DNA from: an uncultured SAR86 cluster bacterium
GTDB taxonomy: Bacteria > Pseudomonadota > Gammaproteobacteria > Magnimaribacterales > AG-339-G14
Assembly (NCBI GenBank): GCA_902527995.1
Contig: CABZRA010000004.1
Location: 1 to 55,241 of the forward strand
Direction of reading: 5' to 3'
Length of the DNA: 55,241 bases
The position numbers were made by a program, and so were the translations under genes. Below are positions 35,020-50,653 of the stretch, in pieces. Below the pieces are notes generated by a model. That model was not told where the DNA came from, ran no database searches, and saw only the letters and a program-made list of their open reading frames with translations. Position 1 is the stretch's first letter; every line of letters begins with the position of its first letter.

Positions 35020-36948
35020 TTATTTATTTAACCTGTTATTGATTAATTCATCAACAATGCTTGGATCCGCTAAAGTAGAAGTGTCACCAAGATTTTCTAG
35101 ATCATTAGAAGCAATTTTTCTAAGTATTCTTCTCATTATTTTACCAGATCTTGTTTTAGGCAAGTCATTTGTAAACTGAATAAGATCTGGCTTTGCAATT
35201 GCTCCTATCTCTTTTTTAATTAATTCGATCAATTCAATTTTGAGTTCATCACTTGGAGCGGTAGCTTTCATCATATTTACATAACAGTAAATACCCTGAC
35301 CTTTTATTGAATGATCAAAACCCACTACTGCGGCTTCCGCAACTCCATTGTGCAAAACAAGTGCACTTTCAATTTCTGCTGTTCCAAGTCTGTGCCCAGA
35401 AACATTCAGAACATCATCAACTCTTCCTGTTATCCAGTAGTAACCGTCTTCATCTCTTCTGGCTCCATCACCAGTGAAATAATAATTTGGGTAAGTTGAA
35501 TAATAAGTGTCCACACACCTTTGGTGATCTCCAAAGACTGTTCTAATTTGCGAAGGCCAAGATTTTTTTATTACTAAATTGCCAGAACCTGGTCCTTGAA
35601 TTTCGTTTCCATTCTCATCTAACAATGCTGGACTTATTCCAAAAAAAGGTTTGCAAGCACTTCCTGGTTTTTGATTAGAAAATCCAGCCAATCCCGAAAT
35701 TAAAATGCTTCCTGTTTCTGTTTGCCACCATGTATCTACGATTGGACATTTTTTATTACCAACTTTTTCGTAATACCACTCCCAAGCTTCGGGATTAATT
35801 GGCTCTCCTACAGTACCTAAAACTTTTAGTGATTTTCTAGATGAAGACTTAAGTGGTTCATTACCAAATGCCATAAGAGCTCTTATGGCAGTAGGAGCTG
35901 TATAAAAAATACTTACTTTATGCTTATCAATTACTTCCCAAAATCTTGATGCATCGGGATATGTTGGAATTCCCTCGAACATGAGAGTTGTAGCTCCATT
36001 ACATAACGGTCCATAAACTATATAAGAATGACCTGTAACCCATCCAACATCAGCTGTGCACCAATAAATATCCTCATCCGAATAATTAAAAATATATTTG
36101 TGAGTTAGGGCTGCTCCTAGGAGATAGCCGCCTGTAGTATGTAACACTCCTTTAGGTTTTCCAGTAGATCCAGATGTATACAATATAAATAAAGGATCTT
36201 CAGCTGACATAGGTTCACAATCACACGCAGGGTTGAATTTTTCCTTTTCTGCAAAATAATCAACGTCAATACTGCCATTCAAATTTAATTCTAATTTTGT
36301 TCTTTTGACTACTATTACTGAATGTACATTTGGACAAGACTTGACAGCTTGGTCTACATTTTGTTTCAAGGGGATATTCTTTCCACCTCTTATCCCTTCA
36401 TTCGCAGTGATTACGGTTTCGCAATTTGAATCTAAGATCCTGTCTTTTAAAGATTCAACTGAAAACCCTCCGAACACAACCGAATGTACTGCTCCAATTC
36501 GCGCACATGCTAACATCGCATAGGCAGCTTCAGGAATCATGGGCATATAAATGCACACTCTGTCTCCTTTTTTTATTCCTCTATTTTTGAGTAAATTAGA
36601 AAATTTACATACCTCATCATGAAGTTCTTGATATGTAATTTTTTTAGATAAAGATGGATCGTCGCTTTCCCAAATAATTGCAATCTCATTTGGTTCGTTT
36701 AAATATCTGTCAACGCAGTTAAAAGAAGCATTTAGTTGTCCATCACTAAACCATTCAATTTTCCCTTCATGCATATCACACGAATTTATCTTAGTCGGTT
36801 GTTTAAACCAATCTAGTTGAAGCGAAGCTTGAGTAGCCCAGAAAGATTCTGGATCATTTATAGAATCCTCATACATTTTATTAAAGGTATTCTCATCTAG
36901 GTTAGCTGTATCTTTGACAGATTTTGAAACAGGGTAGGTTTTACTCAT
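35020..36948 (-). CDS. acs: Acetyl-CoA synthetase
   Basis: [31 protein letters not shown]. Confidence 0.97.
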   Translation of the reverse strand: MSKTYPVSKSVKDTANLDENTFNKMYEDSINDPESFWATQASLQLDWFKQPTKINSCDMHEGKIEWFSDGQLNASFNCVDRYLNEPNEIAIIWESDDPSLSKKITYQELHDEVCKFSNLLKNRGIKKGDRVCIYMPMIPEAAYAMLACARIGAVHSVVFGGFSVESLKDRILDSNCETVITANEGIRGGKNIPLKQNVDQAVKSCPNVHSVIVVKRTKLELNLNGSIDVDYFAEKEKFNPACDCEPMSAEDPLFILYTSGSTGKPKGVLHTTGGYLLGAALTHKYIFNYSDEDIYWCTADVGWVTGHSYIVYGPLCNGATTLMFEGIPTYPDASRFWEVIDKHKVSIFYTAPTAIRALMAFGNEPLKSSSRKSLKVLGTVGEPINPEAWEWYYEKVGNKKCPIVDTWWQTETGSILISGLAGFSNQKPGSACKPFFGISPALLDENGNEIQGPGSGNLVIKKSWPSQIRTVFGDHQRCVDTYYSTYPNYYFTGDGARRDEDGYYWITGRVDDVLNVSGHRLGTAEIESALVLHNGVAEAAVVGFDHSIKGQGIYCYVNMMKATAPSDELKIELIELIKKEIGAIAKPDLIQFTNDLPKTRSGKIMRRILRKIASNDLENLGDTSTLADPSIVDELINNRLNK

Positions 36949-37415
36949 AATATTTTAAGTTTTTGAGAAATTTTACTATTTATTTCTGAAAATCTATTTT
37001 TGATCTGTAAACAATTAATTTCAAGTAATGGTTTAATAAAAAAATCTCTGTTCTGCCAATCATAGTGGGGAATAGTCAATTTAGGTTTGTTAATCGTTAA
37101 ATCGTCAAAGAAAACAATATCAATATCTATCGTACGAGGTTTCATGTGAGAATTTTTCTTTCTTTTAAGTTTTTTTTCAATTTTTTGTAGATGATCAAGT
37201 AGTGCAAATGCAGAAAGATCTGTTTTAACTTTCAAAGCAAGATTAAAAAAAAATGGCTGTTTAACGGGACCATATGCTGGCGATTTAAAGATTTCGCTTT
37301 TTTTCAAAATTTTAGTTTTAGGAAGCTCGTTTATTTCGGAGCTAGCATTTGATAGATTTTTAGATCTGTCGCCTAGATTAGTCCCTAAAACCAAATAAGC
37401 AATATGTGAAGACAT
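36945..37415 (-). CDS. folK: HPPK (folate synthesis)
   Basis: [20 protein letters not shown]. Confidence 0.9.
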   Translation of the reverse strand: MSSHIAYLVLGTNLGDRSKNLSNASSEINELPKTKILKKSEIFKSPAYGPVKQPFFFNLALKVKTDLSAFALLDHLQKIEKKLKRKKNSHMKPRTIDIDIVFFDDLTINKPKLTIPHYDWQNRDFFIKPLLEINCLQIKNRFSEINSKISQKLKIL

Positions 37416-38002
37416 TAACCAAATTGTTGTTTTTCTTTTATTTCATCGACGGTCTTACAATCTATGCATTGTGTTGCTGTGGGTCTAGCTTCTAGCCTTT
37501 TAATGCCGATTTCAATTCCACAGGTTTCACAAAAACCATACAAATCATCATCTATATCTTTCAAAGACATTTCAATTTTTGAAATAAGCTTTCTTTCTCG
37601 CTCTCTTTTTCTAAGTTCCAACATAAACTCCTCCTCTTTGGCTGCTCTATCAAGAGAATCAGGGAAATTACTTTGGTCTTTTTGAATTAATTGTTCAGTT
37701 TTTTCTTGCTCAGTCTCTAAAGCCAACTTCCAAGCACTTAGGATTGAAATGAAATGTTTCTTCTGAGACTTATTCATATATTTTTCTGTTTTATTTGGAT
37801 TGTAAGGTGTAAAAGTTTTTGCAAAAGACTCAAAATCAGAAGGATTAGAAATAATTTGTTTTTTTGTAACTTTTCTTTTGACAGTTGTCTTTTTAGCTGC
37901 GGCTTTTTTTAGGGCTGGTTTTTTAGCTTTGGCTTTTGTAGGTGCTTTTGTCTTAGCTTTGACTTTTATAGGTTTCGAGTTAGGTTTCTTTTTTGCGACC
38001 AT
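37415..38002 (-). CDS. dksA: RNA polymerase-binding protein DksA with basic N-terminal tail
   Basis: YMN, FPDSLDRA, C4 zinc finger CETC...RLEARP...CIDC. Confidence 0.95.
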   Translation of the reverse strand: MVAKKKPNSKPIKVKAKTKAPTKAKAKKPALKKAAAKKTTVKRKVTKKQIISNPSDFESFAKTFTPYNPNKTEKYMNKSQKKHFISILSAWKLALETEQEKTEQLIQKDQSNFPDSLDRAAKEEEFMLELRKRERERKLISKIEMSLKDIDDDLYGFCETCGIEIGIKRLEARPTATQCIDCKTVDEIKEKQQFG

Positions 38003-38050
38003 AAGAAAAAAATTAAGGTGGTGAAATTTACCAAAACCTAAGATAACTTT

Positions 38051-39052
38051 CTAGTTAATTTTTATAAATTTTTCATATAATTCTAGATAATCTTTCGGCT
38101 TTAATCTTGGGCCTATTATTTCTACTCCTTTGGATGCCAAAAAACAGCCAAACTTAGCAGCCTCTTCCAATTTTCTTTCCTTACTAATTAGATTCAAAAC
38201 ACCTCCAGCAAACATATCCCCCGCACCATTGGTGTCAATCGCTTCGGCAGGAAAGCCGTTAATTTTCTTTGTAAATTTTTTTGTAATTACAAAAGCTCCA
38301 TTTGAGCCATCAGTGACAAAAATATTTTTCGCTACAGCTAATAATGCATTCTTAATTGTTTCTATGTCCTCTGATTCACAAAATGCTTTCGCTTCTTCAA
38401 AATTACAGAATAAATAATCTATAGGCATAGCCATCCAGCTTTCAAGTCTATTCTTGAATGAATTGACGATGTTAGGATCAGATAGACTAATTGAAATTTT
38501 TATATTTCTTTCTCTTCCAATTTTGATTATTTTTTTGCTCGTTTCGAAACAGGAATCGCTGCTAACTAAATAACCTTCCAAATAAATAATTTCAGAATTA
38601 TTTATTAAGTTTTCATCGATATCAGAAAGGTTTAAGTCTGCGCTTATTCCTAAGCAAGTACTCATCGTTCTTTCGGCATCAGGAGAGATCATAATTAAGC
38701 AGGTCCCAGTATTTTCTTCTCCATCAGAAATTATATTGTTTTGAATTCCTATCTCTTCAAGATCTTTTTTATAGAATTTTCCGTTAGAATCCCTAGCAAC
38801 TTTGCCCAGAAAACCACAACTACTACCTAAAGACGACGCAGCGAAAATAGTGTTCGTTGCCGAACCTCCGCAGGCGTTTTGGCTATTTTTAAAATGTTTA
38901 GATAATTTTTTAAATAGCTGTTCTTGATAGTTTGATTCACATAAGCCCATAGTTCCTTTCTGTATTGAGATATCGTCAAGGAAAGAATCTTCTATTAAAA
39001 ATTGTTTATCTACCAAGGCATTACCTACACCAAGTATATTAATTTTTTTCAT
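38051..39052 (-). CDS. PfkB-family (adenosine-kinase-like) kinase
   Basis: GNALVD, GGSATN, ERTM, DTNGAGDMFAGG. Confidence 0.85.
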   Translation of the reverse strand: MKKINILGVGNALVDKQFLIEDSFLDDISIQKGTMGLCESNYQEQLFKKLSKHFKNSQNACGGSATNTIFAASSLGSSCGFLGKVARDSNGKFYKKDLEEIGIQNNIISDGEENTGTCLIMISPDAERTMSTCLGISADLNLSDIDENLINNSEIIYLEGYLVSSDSCFETSKKIIKIGRERNIKISISLSDPNIVNSFKNRLESWMAMPIDYLFCNFEEAKAFCESEDIETIKNALLAVAKNIFVTDGSNGAFVITKKFTKKINGFPAEAIDTNGAGDMFAGGVLNLISKERKLEEAAKFGCFLASKGVEIIGPRLKPKDYLELYEKFIKIN

Positions 39053-39680
39053 TATTTATGATTAAAATATTTTTTATATTATTAACTTCTTCGTAAAAAA
39101 GGCCTTTAGAGATAGCAAATCTTTCGTATCCTAGCATTTTTAAATTCATTATATTTTCGCTATTAATTCCTCCAATTGCATATATAGGTTTGTCATTACA
39201 TAGTAAAGCTTCTTTTATTACTTCTTCATTAGGGGGATAAACAATGTCGTCTTTAGTAGAACTTTTAAAAAAAGAGCCAACAGCCAAATAATCCCAATTG
39301 ATTAATTCCTCAGGAGGATTTTTTAATAAATTAAGATTCCACTTACACGAGAAACCTGTAATGTAATTTTCATTAATTATATTTGAATATTTTTTTAAAA
39401 ATTTTTGATTTTTTTGGTTATGGTAATCTTTTTCTCCCAAATGAAATCCGTCAGCGCCTATTTCTAATGCAATTTCAGGAAAATCATTAATAATTAATTT
39501 TCCATTTTGACTTTTTATAATTTCCAATAAGTAGGTAGCGTTTTTTCTAATAATTTCTAACTCTTCATTCTTCGATCGATATTGGAAAGTGCTGATACCA
39601 ACTTTTAAAAGATTATTAACTTTTGCTGTTAGTTTTTTTAGATTTTCATTAGCCGGCGTTATTGCGTATATATTATTCAT
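39039..39680 (-). CDS. thiE: Thiamine-phosphate synthase (divergent)
   Basis: QYRSK, IIND, ADGFHLG, SSTK, AIGGI. Confidence 0.85.
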   Translation of the reverse strand: MNNIYAITPANENLKKLTAKVNNLLKVGISTFQYRSKNEELEIIRKNATYLLEIIKSQNGKLIINDFPEIALEIGADGFHLGEKDYHNQKNQKFLKKYSNIINENYITGFSCKWNLNLLKNPPEELINWDYLAVGSFFKSSTKDDIVYPPNEEVIKEALLCNDKPIYAIGGINSENIMNLKMLGYERFAISKGLFYEEVNNIKNILIINNEKN

Positions 39681-40456
39681 TGATTCAAATTAATAAACTC
39701 TTGATGGCCCGTATTAAGAGAATTGTTTAAATATTTTTCCATAAAATCATTTGCTTCTTTGCAACTTTTGTATAAATTTTTTGATTTGATCAAATTGCAA
39801 AGTATTGATGTTGAAAGGGCGCAACCTGTTCCATGAATTTTTTTATTTAATTTAGAGGTTTTTATTTCAAGTTTTTTTTCCCCATTTACGTAGAGCGTAT
39901 TAACTATATTTTTACTAATTTCATTCCCAGTGACGTAAATTTTGCTAATTCCTAAATCTTGAAGTTTTTTTATAGAATCTTCTGGTTCTTTAAAGCCAGT
40001 TAAATAAAAGAGTTCTTCGCTATTCGGTGTTAAAACAGAAGCGAGTGGGTATAATTTTTTTAAAGCTAAATTTAAATTTTTTTTCTTTAAAAATAAGCCT
40101 CCTCCTCCAGCCTTTATTATTGGATCAATAACTATGGGGATATTTAGATGTAATTTTAAAAAGTTAGCAGTTTCTTCAATAATTTTATTTGATGAGACTG
40201 CACCGATTTTAATTCCAGAAACTTCGAAATTTTTTACCATATTTTTTAAACTTTTTTTAAAAAATTTTTCGTTAACATCAATTACTTTGTATAACTTTTT
40301 TGCGTCTTGAATAGTCAAATTATTGATTACGGAAAGACAATGAAAATTAAATTTATTAGCAACCATTATGTCCATCGTCATTCCTGCAGCACTCGTTGGA
40401 TCGTGCCCTGATATTGTTAAAATAAATTTTTTCTGACTCATGTTAAATAAACTCAT
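39677..40456 (-). CDS. thiD: Hydroxymethylpyrimidine/phosphomethylpyrimidine kinase
   Basis: GHDPTSAAG, KIG, DPI, TPN, HGTGC; start may be 40441. Confidence 0.87.
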   Translation of the reverse strand: MSLFNMSQKKFILTISGHDPTSAAGMTMDIMVANKFNFHCLSVINNLTIQDAKKLYKVIDVNEKFFKKSLKNMVKNFEVSGIKIGAVSSNKIIEETANFLKLHLNIPIVIDPIIKAGGGGLFLKKKNLNLALKKLYPLASVLTPNSEELFYLTGFKEPEDSIKKLQDLGISKIYVTGNEISKNIVNTLYVNGEKKLEIKTSKLNKKIHGTGCALSTSILCNLIKSKNLYKSCKEANDFMEKYLNNSLNTGHQEFINLNQ

Positions 40457-40495
40457 TATAATGCTGCTCTAAGACAAGCCAAACTAATTAAAAAG

Positions 40496-41512
40496 ATGGA
40501 AAAAAGCAAAGTTGGTATAATCGGTGCAACAGGATACGTTGGCGAAGAATTACTCAAACTTCTTGATCAAAAAACTGACCTAGAAGTCTCTTTTTTATCT
40601 TCCTCAAATAGTATTGGAGAAAATCTTTATGAAAAGATTAAGCCATTCAATAACATAAAAGATCAAAAGTTTTTTCCTGCTGAAGAGGCTATTTTAAAAG
40701 ATCTTGATTATGCTTTCTTTGCTACACAACATAATTTTTCTATGGACATTGTTCCCTCATTACTAAGAAAAAAAATCAAAGTAATAGATCTTTCTGCAGA
40801 TTTTAGATTTTCTGACCCCAATTTATGGCAGCAAGCATATGAAGATGAACATCGAGCCACAGACTTATTAAAAAATGCAGTTTATGGTTTACCTGAACTA
40901 GAAAGAGAAAAAATAAAAGATGCTGATCTAGTTGCTGTTCCAGGTTGTTACCCTACAGCTTCACTTTTGGGAATAATTCCAGCTATTCACTATCTAAAAA
41001 AAGAACCTCAAATAATTTTAGACGTAAAATCAGGCATAAGCGGAGCGGGCAGGCAAACGGTTGAAAATAAATTGTCAGTCGAAATTGAAGACAATTTTAA
41101 GGCTTATTCGCCTGAGTTTCATAGACATCAATCAGAAATTTCACATTTTCTAGAAAAACAATATGGATCGGCTCCCTTTATAATATTCACACCTCATTTG
41201 ATTCCAACATTTAGAGGAGAATATGTAACTTGTTATTTAGAAATAGAAAATCAAGAGAATAATTTCCAAGAAATTTACGAGAACTTCTATAAAAACGAAA
41301 AATTTGTTAGAGTATTACCGAAAGGTACGATACCTGAGATAAAAAAGGTACAAAACACAAACTTTTGCGACCTATCAATTTTTAAGAAAAAAAATATTTT
41401 GACAGTACATATCGCTATTGATAACCTCCTTAAAGGTGCCGCGAGCCAAGCGGTTCAATGTTTAAACTTAATGTCCGGAGCTAAAGAAGATTCAGGATTA
41501 AATTCATTATGA
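40496..41512 (+). CDS. argC: N-acetyl-gamma-glutamyl-phosphate reductase
   Basis: GATGYVG, DLSADFR, PGCYPT, SGISGAG, DNLLKGA. Confidence 0.95.
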   Translation: MEKSKVGIIGATGYVGEELLKLLDQKTDLEVSFLSSSNSIGENLYEKIKPFNNIKDQKFFPAEEAILKDLDYAFFATQHNFSMDIVPSLLRKKIKVIDLSADFRFSDPNLWQQAYEDEHRATDLLKNAVYGLPELEREKIKDADLVAVPGCYPTASLLGIIPAIHYLKKEPQIILDVKSGISGAGRQTVENKLSVEIEDNFKAYSPEFHRHQSEISHFLEKQYGSAPFIIFTPHLIPTFRGEYVTCYLEIENQENNFQEIYENFYKNEKFVRVLPKGTIPEIKKVQNTNFCDLSIFKKKNILTVHIAIDNLLKGAASQAVQCLNLMSGAKEDSGLNSL

Positions 41513-41856
41513 TCGATAAGTACATTCCACAAGAACTGAATATTTCTGAAGCAGCAGTTTCAAGAATAGACAAATTAGTTGCAGATGAGGAGAGTAATGC
41601 AATTTCTTTGAGGGTATTTGTAACAGGTGGAGGATGCTCAGGCTTTCAATATGGCTTTAGATTAGAAGATGAATTGGATGAGGAAGATACTATTTTAAAA
41701 AAAGATAAAGTATCTATTGTCATCGACCCGCTGAGTATGCAATACATTTATGGCTCTACTTTAGATTATAAAGAAGATTTAGAAGGTTCTAGATTTGTTA
41801 TTGATAATCCCAACGCTGTAACTACTTGTGGGTGCGGTTCTTCTTTTTCAATTTAA
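41509..41856 (+). CDS. erpA: Fe-S cluster insertion protein ErpA
   Basis: GGGCSGFQY, NPNAVTTCGCGSSF; argC-erpA-anmK synteny. Confidence 0.93.
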   Translation: MIDKYIPQELNISEAAVSRIDKLVADEESNAISLRVFVTGGGCSGFQYGFRLEDELDEEDTILKKDKVSIVIDPLSMQYIYGSTLDYKEDLEGSRFVIDNPNAVTTCGCGSSFSI

Positions 41857-41858
41857 CC

Positions 41859-42989
41859 TTAAAATACCTCTCCTGTGAGAGAAGGAATAGCTCCTGTAGA
41901 AGATTTTAGATCAATTTTCTTGTTTTCTAATCTTTGCTTTGCTAGCCAACCAAATGTAGAGGTTTCTACAAACATAGGGTCGATACCGATAGTTTTAGTA
42001 TTACCAATAGACCAATCTCTAGGCAATTTTGTTTTTATCCTTTTTATCAAATAAGAATTTTTTGAACCACCACCACAAATATAGATATTTAATTTTTTTG
42101 ACGAACAGTTTTTTATAAGTGAATTAACTAGAGTTAAAGCAGTAATTTCAGTCATTGCTGAAATCCAATCAAACTTACTTATATTCGAATCTTTAATAAA
42201 TAGTTTTGAAAAGTCGTAATTCTCTGTAGAGTCACTTTTTGGAGTCTCTAAATTAAAAAAGGGCTTCTTAATTAAAAAATCGATAGTTTTTGTAAGTTTT
42301 TGAAAATCCCCCTTTTTTGCAAAATCACCATTTTTATCAAATGAATTTTTTCCTCCTATAAGCTTCTTAACACTTTGATCGATTAAACAATTTCCTGGAC
42401 CAGTATCCCATCCAATAGTCTTTTTATTTTTTAGCAACAAAGTAACATTAGTGATGCCTCCAATATTTACAATTGCTCGATTTTTTGTCTTTTCTCTTAA
42501 AAAGAAATTATGAAAAGATGGAGTAAGGGGAGCCCCACTGCCTCCATTCATAATGTTCGTTTGACGAAAATTACTAATTGTTTTAATACCAGTCAGGTCT
42601 GAAATTATTTTTGGATTACCTATTTGGAGAGAATAAGGTTTTTTTGAAAAAGGGCGGTGTTGGATTGTTTGGCCATGCGAACCGATTGCTTGGATGTCAG
42701 AATTTCTTAATTTGGATTTTTTTAACAACTTTTTCACGACGTTAACTGTTTCCAAAGTGAATTGGTTATCAGCTTCTTTTAACTCTTTTGTCGGGTGAAG
42801 AAAAAGGTTTTTTTTTGTTCTTGATAATTTCATCATTCTATCTAAAAGAGCTTTTGGCATTTTTACCGAACATGAATTTAAGATTTTTATATTATTGGTG
42901 ATTTTTAAAAGAGACGCATCTATCGAATCCATGCTCGTACCCGATAAAGTACCAATATATAAATCATTTTTGTTTCTAATTTGCTGCAT
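41859..42989 (-). CDS. anmK: Anhydro-N-acetylmuramic acid kinase
   Basis: SGTSMD, HGQT, GAPL, NIGGI, DTGPGN, CGGG. Confidence 0.93.
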   Translation of the reverse strand: MQQIRNKNDLYIGTLSGTSMDSIDASLLKITNNIKILNSCSVKMPKALLDRMMKLSRTKKNLFLHPTKELKEADNQFTLETVNVVKKLLKKSKLRNSDIQAIGSHGQTIQHRPFSKKPYSLQIGNPKIISDLTGIKTISNFRQTNIMNGGSGAPLTPSFHNFFLREKTKNRAIVNIGGITNVTLLLKNKKTIGWDTGPGNCLIDQSVKKLIGGKNSFDKNGDFAKKGDFQKLTKTIDFLIKKPFFNLETPKSDSTENYDFSKLFIKDSNISKFDWISAMTEITALTLVNSLIKNCSSKKLNIYICGGGSKNSYLIKRIKTKLPRDWSIGNTKTIGIDPMFVETSTFGWLAKQRLENKKIDLKSSTGAIPSLTGEVF

Positions 42990-44262
42990 AGATTTGTAAA
43001 TATAGATTATCTATTCTATTTATCATTCTTACAGCCAAATTTTGAAAACCTTCTTTTTCAGAATCACCTATTGGTTCAGCATCAGGAAGCTTTACTGTTA
43101 ATGGATCCGTATGCATGCCATTCACTCTGAACTCGTAATGCAAGTGATATCCAGTTGCTAACCCAGATTTACCAACATAACCAATAATCTCACCTTGGGA
43201 AACTTTATCTCCTAACTTAAGGCCTTTTTTATATTTAAATAGATGTGCATATCTAGTTGAATAATCCTCTGAGTGCTTTATTTCAATTAACTTTCCATAG
43301 CCTCCTTTGTTACCAATATAAGATACAGATCCTGAGCTAGTAGAAATAATAGGAGTTCCTTTTGGAGCTGCATAATCTACTCCAGTATGGGCGCGAATTG
43401 TATTTAAGACTGGGTGTTTTCTATTTAAATTATATTTTGAGCTTATGTAACTAAATTCAACTGGAGTTCTCAAAAAGGCTTTTTTTACATTTTTACCTCG
43501 CAAAGAAAAATATTCTTTGGTCCCGTCTTTATAAAAATATCTGATAGCAGTAAAAACCTTATTACCTCTTAAAAATCTTGCAGCTTTTATATCTGGATTT
43601 TTTACTTGGTTTCCTTTCCAATAAAAATCTTCATATAAAACGTCAAATTTATCGCCGGGCCTGATATCAAAAATAAAATCTATATCCCATCCAAATAGAT
43701 AGACTAAATCCATGATTAGACTATCAGACAATCCTTCACGAACGGCAGACTCGTAAAGAGAGGTATCAATAGTAACTGAAGCAAATCTTTCAAGTTTTTC
43801 TAAAGGCCTAGAAAAGTTTTGTATCTTAAAGAGACCATTTTCATAAGTCGCTAAGATGCCATCTAATTCGTTAGAGGTTAAAAAGATTTCTTCGGGTTCT
43901 CCAAAGCTAGTCTTTTTTATTTCAAGAAAGTCACCAACTTTAATTTGAGCTAATTTTTCAGAGCCACTAGTCTTAATAAGAGCTCTGATATAAGCATCTT
44001 TGATGTTAGATGTTTTGAGTAAATTTAATAAAGTATCATTTTTTTTAATTTCAAGGATTTGAATCACATTATTTGTATCAACTTCATGAGAAAGGCGATC
44101 ATCAGCAAGTAAAACTTTACTTCTGAAAACTTCCTTTTCAATAAACTCGGAATTATCCGATGGGTAAGGGATTTTTGGCGAAAAAATAATTCCAATAAAC
44201 AAAAGAATCAAAATTAGTAAAAAAAGTAAATAATATTTAATTTCAAAAAAAAGATTTTTCAT
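42976..44262 (-). CDS. M23 peptidoglycan DD-endopeptidase (MepM/OapA-like)
   Basis: RAHTGVDYAAP, YAHL, GLATGYHLHYE; anmK-M23-tyrS synteny. Confidence 0.9.
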   Translation of the reverse strand: MKNLFFEIKYYLLFLLILILLFIGIIFSPKIPYPSDNSEFIEKEVFRSKVLLADDRLSHEVDTNNVIQILEIKKNDTLLNLLKTSNIKDAYIRALIKTSGSEKLAQIKVGDFLEIKKTSFGEPEEIFLTSNELDGILATYENGLFKIQNFSRPLEKLERFASVTIDTSLYESAVREGLSDSLIMDLVYLFGWDIDFIFDIRPGDKFDVLYEDFYWKGNQVKNPDIKAARFLRGNKVFTAIRYFYKDGTKEYFSLRGKNVKKAFLRTPVEFSYISSKYNLNRKHPVLNTIRAHTGVDYAAPKGTPIISTSSGSVSYIGNKGGYGKLIEIKHSEDYSTRYAHLFKYKKGLKLGDKVSQGEIIGYVGKSGLATGYHLHYEFRVNGMHTDPLTVKLPDAEPIGDSEKEGFQNLAVRMINRIDNLYLQIYAAN

Positions 44263-44325
44263 TTTTAATCTTCAATTATTTTATCTGTTAAAGTTATAAA
44301 AGTTATTTTTTGATATTCTAATTAA

Positions 44326-45549
44326 ATGCTTACAGTTCAAGAAAAAATCGAAATTCTCCTAAGAGGCATCGAAGAAGTAATTCCTAAAAAAGATTTTATC
44401 TCTTTGATCGAAAAGAAACAAAAGTTAACTGTAAAAGCTGGGTTTGATCCAACTTCACCCGATTTGCATTTAGGCCATACAGTTTTAATAAATAAGCTAA
44501 AGCAATTTCAAGATTTAGGTCATAAAGTGATCTTTCTAATTGGCGATTTCACTGGCTCTATTGGCGACCCTTCTGGAGTTAGTGAAACAAGACCTGTTTT
44601 ATCAAAAGAAGAGTTAAAAAAAAATTCAGCTACATATAAAAAACAAATATTCAAAATTTTAGATCCTAAAAAGACAGACATACAGTTTAATTCGAGCTGG
44701 TTCAATAAAATGAAGCCCCAAGATTTTGTAAAATTAGCTTCTTCAATGACTGTTGCCAGGATGCTTGAAAGGGAAGACTTTAGTAAAAGATACAAATCAA
44801 ATCAGCCTATTTCGATTCATGAATTTTTGTATCCTTTAGTACAAGGATACGATTCATTTTTTCTTAAAGCTGATGTTGAACTCGGAGGGACAGACCAAAA
44901 GTTCAACTTATTAGTTGGAAGAGATATACAAAAAATCAATGGAATGAAAGAACAGATAATTATCACTTTACCCATTCTCGAAGGTTTGGATGGGGTAAAG
45001 AAGATGTCCAAGTCTTTGAATAATTATGTTGGGTTGACAGATAATCCCGATGAGATGTTCGGAAAGCTAATGTCTATTTCAGATGAAATGATGTGGCGTT
45101 ATTATGATCTTCTGAGTTTTAAAACCAATAAAGAAATTAAAAAATTAAAAAATATGTCATCTTCTGGAATTGACTTAATGGAGACAAAGTTTAAGTTGAG
45201 TTTAGAAATTGTGGAAAGATTCCACGGTAAAAGGAAATCAATAATGGCATTGGAGGAATTTAAAAATAGGTTTGGCAAAAAAAAAGACCCCACAAATATT
45301 TTAAATCTTGATTTAAAAATAAAACAGAAGTCTTTAAAATTGATTGATCTTTTAGCGCATTCTGGACTTGGAGAGAATATATTTTGTCAAAGCAAATCTG
45401 AAGCCAGAAGAATGCTGTCCCAATCTGCGGTAAAGGTTGATGGAAAAAAGGTAACTAAGGAAGATTTTTTAGTCAAAATCAACAAAAAAACCTTAATTCA
45501 AGTAGGAAAAAGGAGGCATTTAAAAATTACTTTAAAAAGCTCAAATTAA
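44326..45549 (+). CDS. tyrS: Tyrosine--tRNA ligase
   Basis: [28 protein letters not shown]-terminal S4 domain. Confidence 0.97.
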   Translation: MLTVQEKIEILLRGIEEVIPKKDFISLIEKKQKLTVKAGFDPTSPDLHLGHTVLINKLKQFQDLGHKVIFLIGDFTGSIGDPSGVSETRPVLSKEELKKNSATYKKQIFKILDPKKTDIQFNSSWFNKMKPQDFVKLASSMTVARMLEREDFSKRYKSNQPISIHEFLYPLVQGYDSFFLKADVELGGTDQKFNLLVGRDIQKINGMKEQIIITLPILEGLDGVKKMSKSLNNYVGLTDNPDEMFGKLMSISDEMMWRYYDLLSFKTNKEIKKLKNMSSSGIDLMETKFKLSLEIVERFHGKRKSIMALEEFKNRFGKKKDPTNILNLDLKIKQKSLKLIDLLAHSGLGENIFCQSKSEARRMLSQSAVKVDGKKVTKEDFLVKINKKTLIQVGKRRHLKITLKSSN

Positions 45550-45552
45550 CCC

Positions 45553-45620
45553 TTTAATTAAACTTATTCATATGTATAATCGCAAATTCCTGCGCTAAAT
45601 TTAACGTAGGGAGTTTTTTA
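45553..45620 (+). promoter_or_regulatory. rRNA operon promoter and leader
   Basis: TTTAAT (45553-58)-16 nt-TATAAT (45575-80), then CGC, a boxB-like hairpin and a degenerate boxA-like AGTTTTTTAATA. Confidence 0.6.
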
Positions 45621-45745
45621 ATAGATTAGTTCATGTAATTCGTGCGGACACTTGCCTTGTAAGTAAAGGTACGTGTCACTTTTTGAATATTTATATTCAA
45701 AACCCTTTTTTGATATTTTTTTTAGAAAAAAATATCCGTTTAATT

Positions 45746-47279
<1,534 letters not shown>

Positions 47280-47552
47280 CTATAAAACACGATTTTTACT
47301 GTGAGTGTCCGCTCGAATTGCATGAATTAGTTTTCTAACCTTTAAGGTTAAGAGTGTTTTTTAAAAGTATTGTGATCCAAATATTAATAATTATTGTTAT
47401 CAATTATTAATAGAATTTTTAAAAGTTTTAAAACTTTTAAACATCAAGTTCAAGAATTAAATTTATTTAATTCTGAATGCTAATGGCAAATAAAATTAGG
47501 CGCTTATTATTCAAATTGTCTTAACTTTCAAACTTTTTAGTTTAGAAACATT

Positions 47553-50457
<2,905 letters not shown>

Positions 50458-50524
50458 TGTTTCTAAATTTGATTGTAATCGCTTGATTTTAATTTGATTG
50501 GATCACGGTACGTAACGAGAATTT

Positions 50525-50641
50525 TGTCCGATGACAATAGCGAGTGTGACCCACCTGATACCATATCGAACTCAGAAGTGAAACTACTTAGCGCCGATGG
50601 TAGTGTAGTCTTTTCTATGCGAGAGTAGGACATCGTCGGAC
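50525..50641 (+). rRNA. rrf: 5S rRNA
   Basis: GTCCGATGAC...CCACCTGATACCATATCGAACTCAGAAGTGAAA...GAGAGTAGG..ATCGTCGGAC with paired ends. Confidence 0.97.
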
Positions 50642-50653
50642 TTCTTGTTAAAT

